Shown: positions 63,314 to 64,000 of the stretch, in pieces | Position numbering within the stretch: position 1 is the stretch's first letter | Layout: every line of letters starts with the position of its first letter | Source: Candidatus Oxydemutator sp. | GTDB taxonomy: Bacteria; Pseudomonadota; Gammaproteobacteria; Poriferisulfidales; Oxydemutatoraceae | Direction of reading: 5' to 3' | Assembly (NCBI GenBank): GCA_965203445.1 | Contig: OZ241883.1 | Location: 1,472,001-1,536,000 of the forward strand | DNA length: 64,000 bases | Position numbers and translations under genes: made by a program | Notes under the pieces: model-generated | Databases searched by the model: none | What the model was told of the DNA's origin: nothing | What the model saw: only the letters and a program-made list of their open reading frames with translations

Positions 63314-64000
63314 TCAGGTGGCGGTCACCGGCCACGTCGCCGTGTAGGTCTTATTGCGCGAGTCGACCGCCTTTGCGTGCAGCACGTCGCCGCCCGGCCT
63401 GGGCTTGTAGAAGAAGTCGAAGCTCGGGTTGTGGCTGAACGTGATGTCGCCCTTGGCCGCAAACACCGTCTCGCCGTCGTCGTTCATGACCTCGACGGTC
63501 TCGACGTAGTGCGGCGGGATGAACAGCGTCGTTACCTGATCCATCTGCATGCCCGAGTTGTTGGGATGCAGCAGCGACAGCTGGAAGCCGCGCGCGTCTT
63601 CGCGCGCCGCGGTGTGCGCCAATTCCATCTTGCCCATCGTCAGCTGCGCCATCGGGTCGTCGTTCGGCGGCGGCGCCGAGCAGCCGCCGGACGCCTTGAC
63701 AAACGCCGAGTTCATATAGAGTTCGCCGCGGTTGGTCTCGGCGATCACGCGCACGTGGCTGTATTCGTTGACGCGAATGCGGGTGCCGATCTCGGCCGTG
63801 CCGTTTTTCGGCGACAAGGTGAACACGCCGGCCACCGGCGACGGGTTCTTATCCACGACCAGGTAGTGCTTGCGGATGTAGTGATCGGCTTGTTGCGGCG
63901 TCGCCGGGATGATCCGCACCGAGACGTCGGCGCCGTTGGCCGGGCGCACCGGGGCTTCCAGGCGTATGCGTCCGGCGCCGTCCGCCACCGGCCGATCCTG
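63314..64000 (-). CDS. Quinoprotein dehydrogenase-associated SoxYZ-like carrier (5' end outside window)
   Basis: SoxY-like VDKNPSP, TRIRVNEYS.VR..AE and VKASGGCSAP fused to SoxZ-like HPN.SG.QMDQ. Confidence 0.88.
   Translation of the reverse strand, partial: QDRPVADGAGRIRLEAPVRPANGADVSVRIIPATPQQADHYIRKHYLVVDKNPSPVAGVFTLSPKNGTAEIGTRIRVNEYSHVRVIAETNRGELYMNSAFVKASGGCSAPPPNDDPMAQLTMGKMELAHTAAREDARGFQLSLLHPNNSGMQMDQVTTLFIPPHYVETVEVMNDDGETVFAAKGDITFSHNPSFDFFYKPRPGGDVLHAKAVDSRNKTYTATWPVTAT

Noticed and set aside
63314-64000. Sox thiosulfate oxidation pathway
   Set aside because: The gene is the fused quinoprotein-associated SoxYZ-like type with an internal GGC; no soxA, soxX, soxB or soxCD in the window

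Overview
High-GC chromosomal window, most consistent with a gammaproteobacterium (csrA, fimV, bamC, yhdP, dnaQ, tig-clpPX-lon-hupB-ppiD order). Positions 1-44.6 kb are mostly housekeeping: bcp, dapA-bamC, leuCDB, asd-fimV-truA, lysC-csrA-tRNA-Ser, RNase P RNA, tRNA-Leu-tig-clpP-clpX-lon-hupB-tRNA-Val-tRNA-Asp-ppiD, fabI, a peptide ABC transporter, rnhA-dnaQ, and holA-proA-nadD-rsfS-yhdP. Two small accessory inserts sit in this part: fetAB plus an AT-richer 2OG-Fe(II) oxygenase preceded by a G24 tract, and a putative HTH-nuclease plus mazEF-type module after tRNA-Ser. Positions 45-64 kb form a lanthanide/PQQ quinoprotein cluster: xoxF-xoxG-xoxJ, a rhodanese, two uncharacterised exported proteins, pqqABCDE (pqqA is missing from the ORF track), a proline iminopeptidase, a PQQ sugar-dehydrogenase-family gene, a MetX-like hydrolase, a porin, a PqqT-like ABC transporter, further Cys-containing proteins and a SoxYZ-like carrier. 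The strongest leads are (i) a possible periplasmic thiol relay serving XoxF, (ii) a S33 peptidase as candidate PqqA-processing protease, (iii) repeated leaderless-type promoter architecture and (iv) a shared palindrome upstream of xoxF and pqqA. All family calls come from motif recognition by eye; no searches were run.
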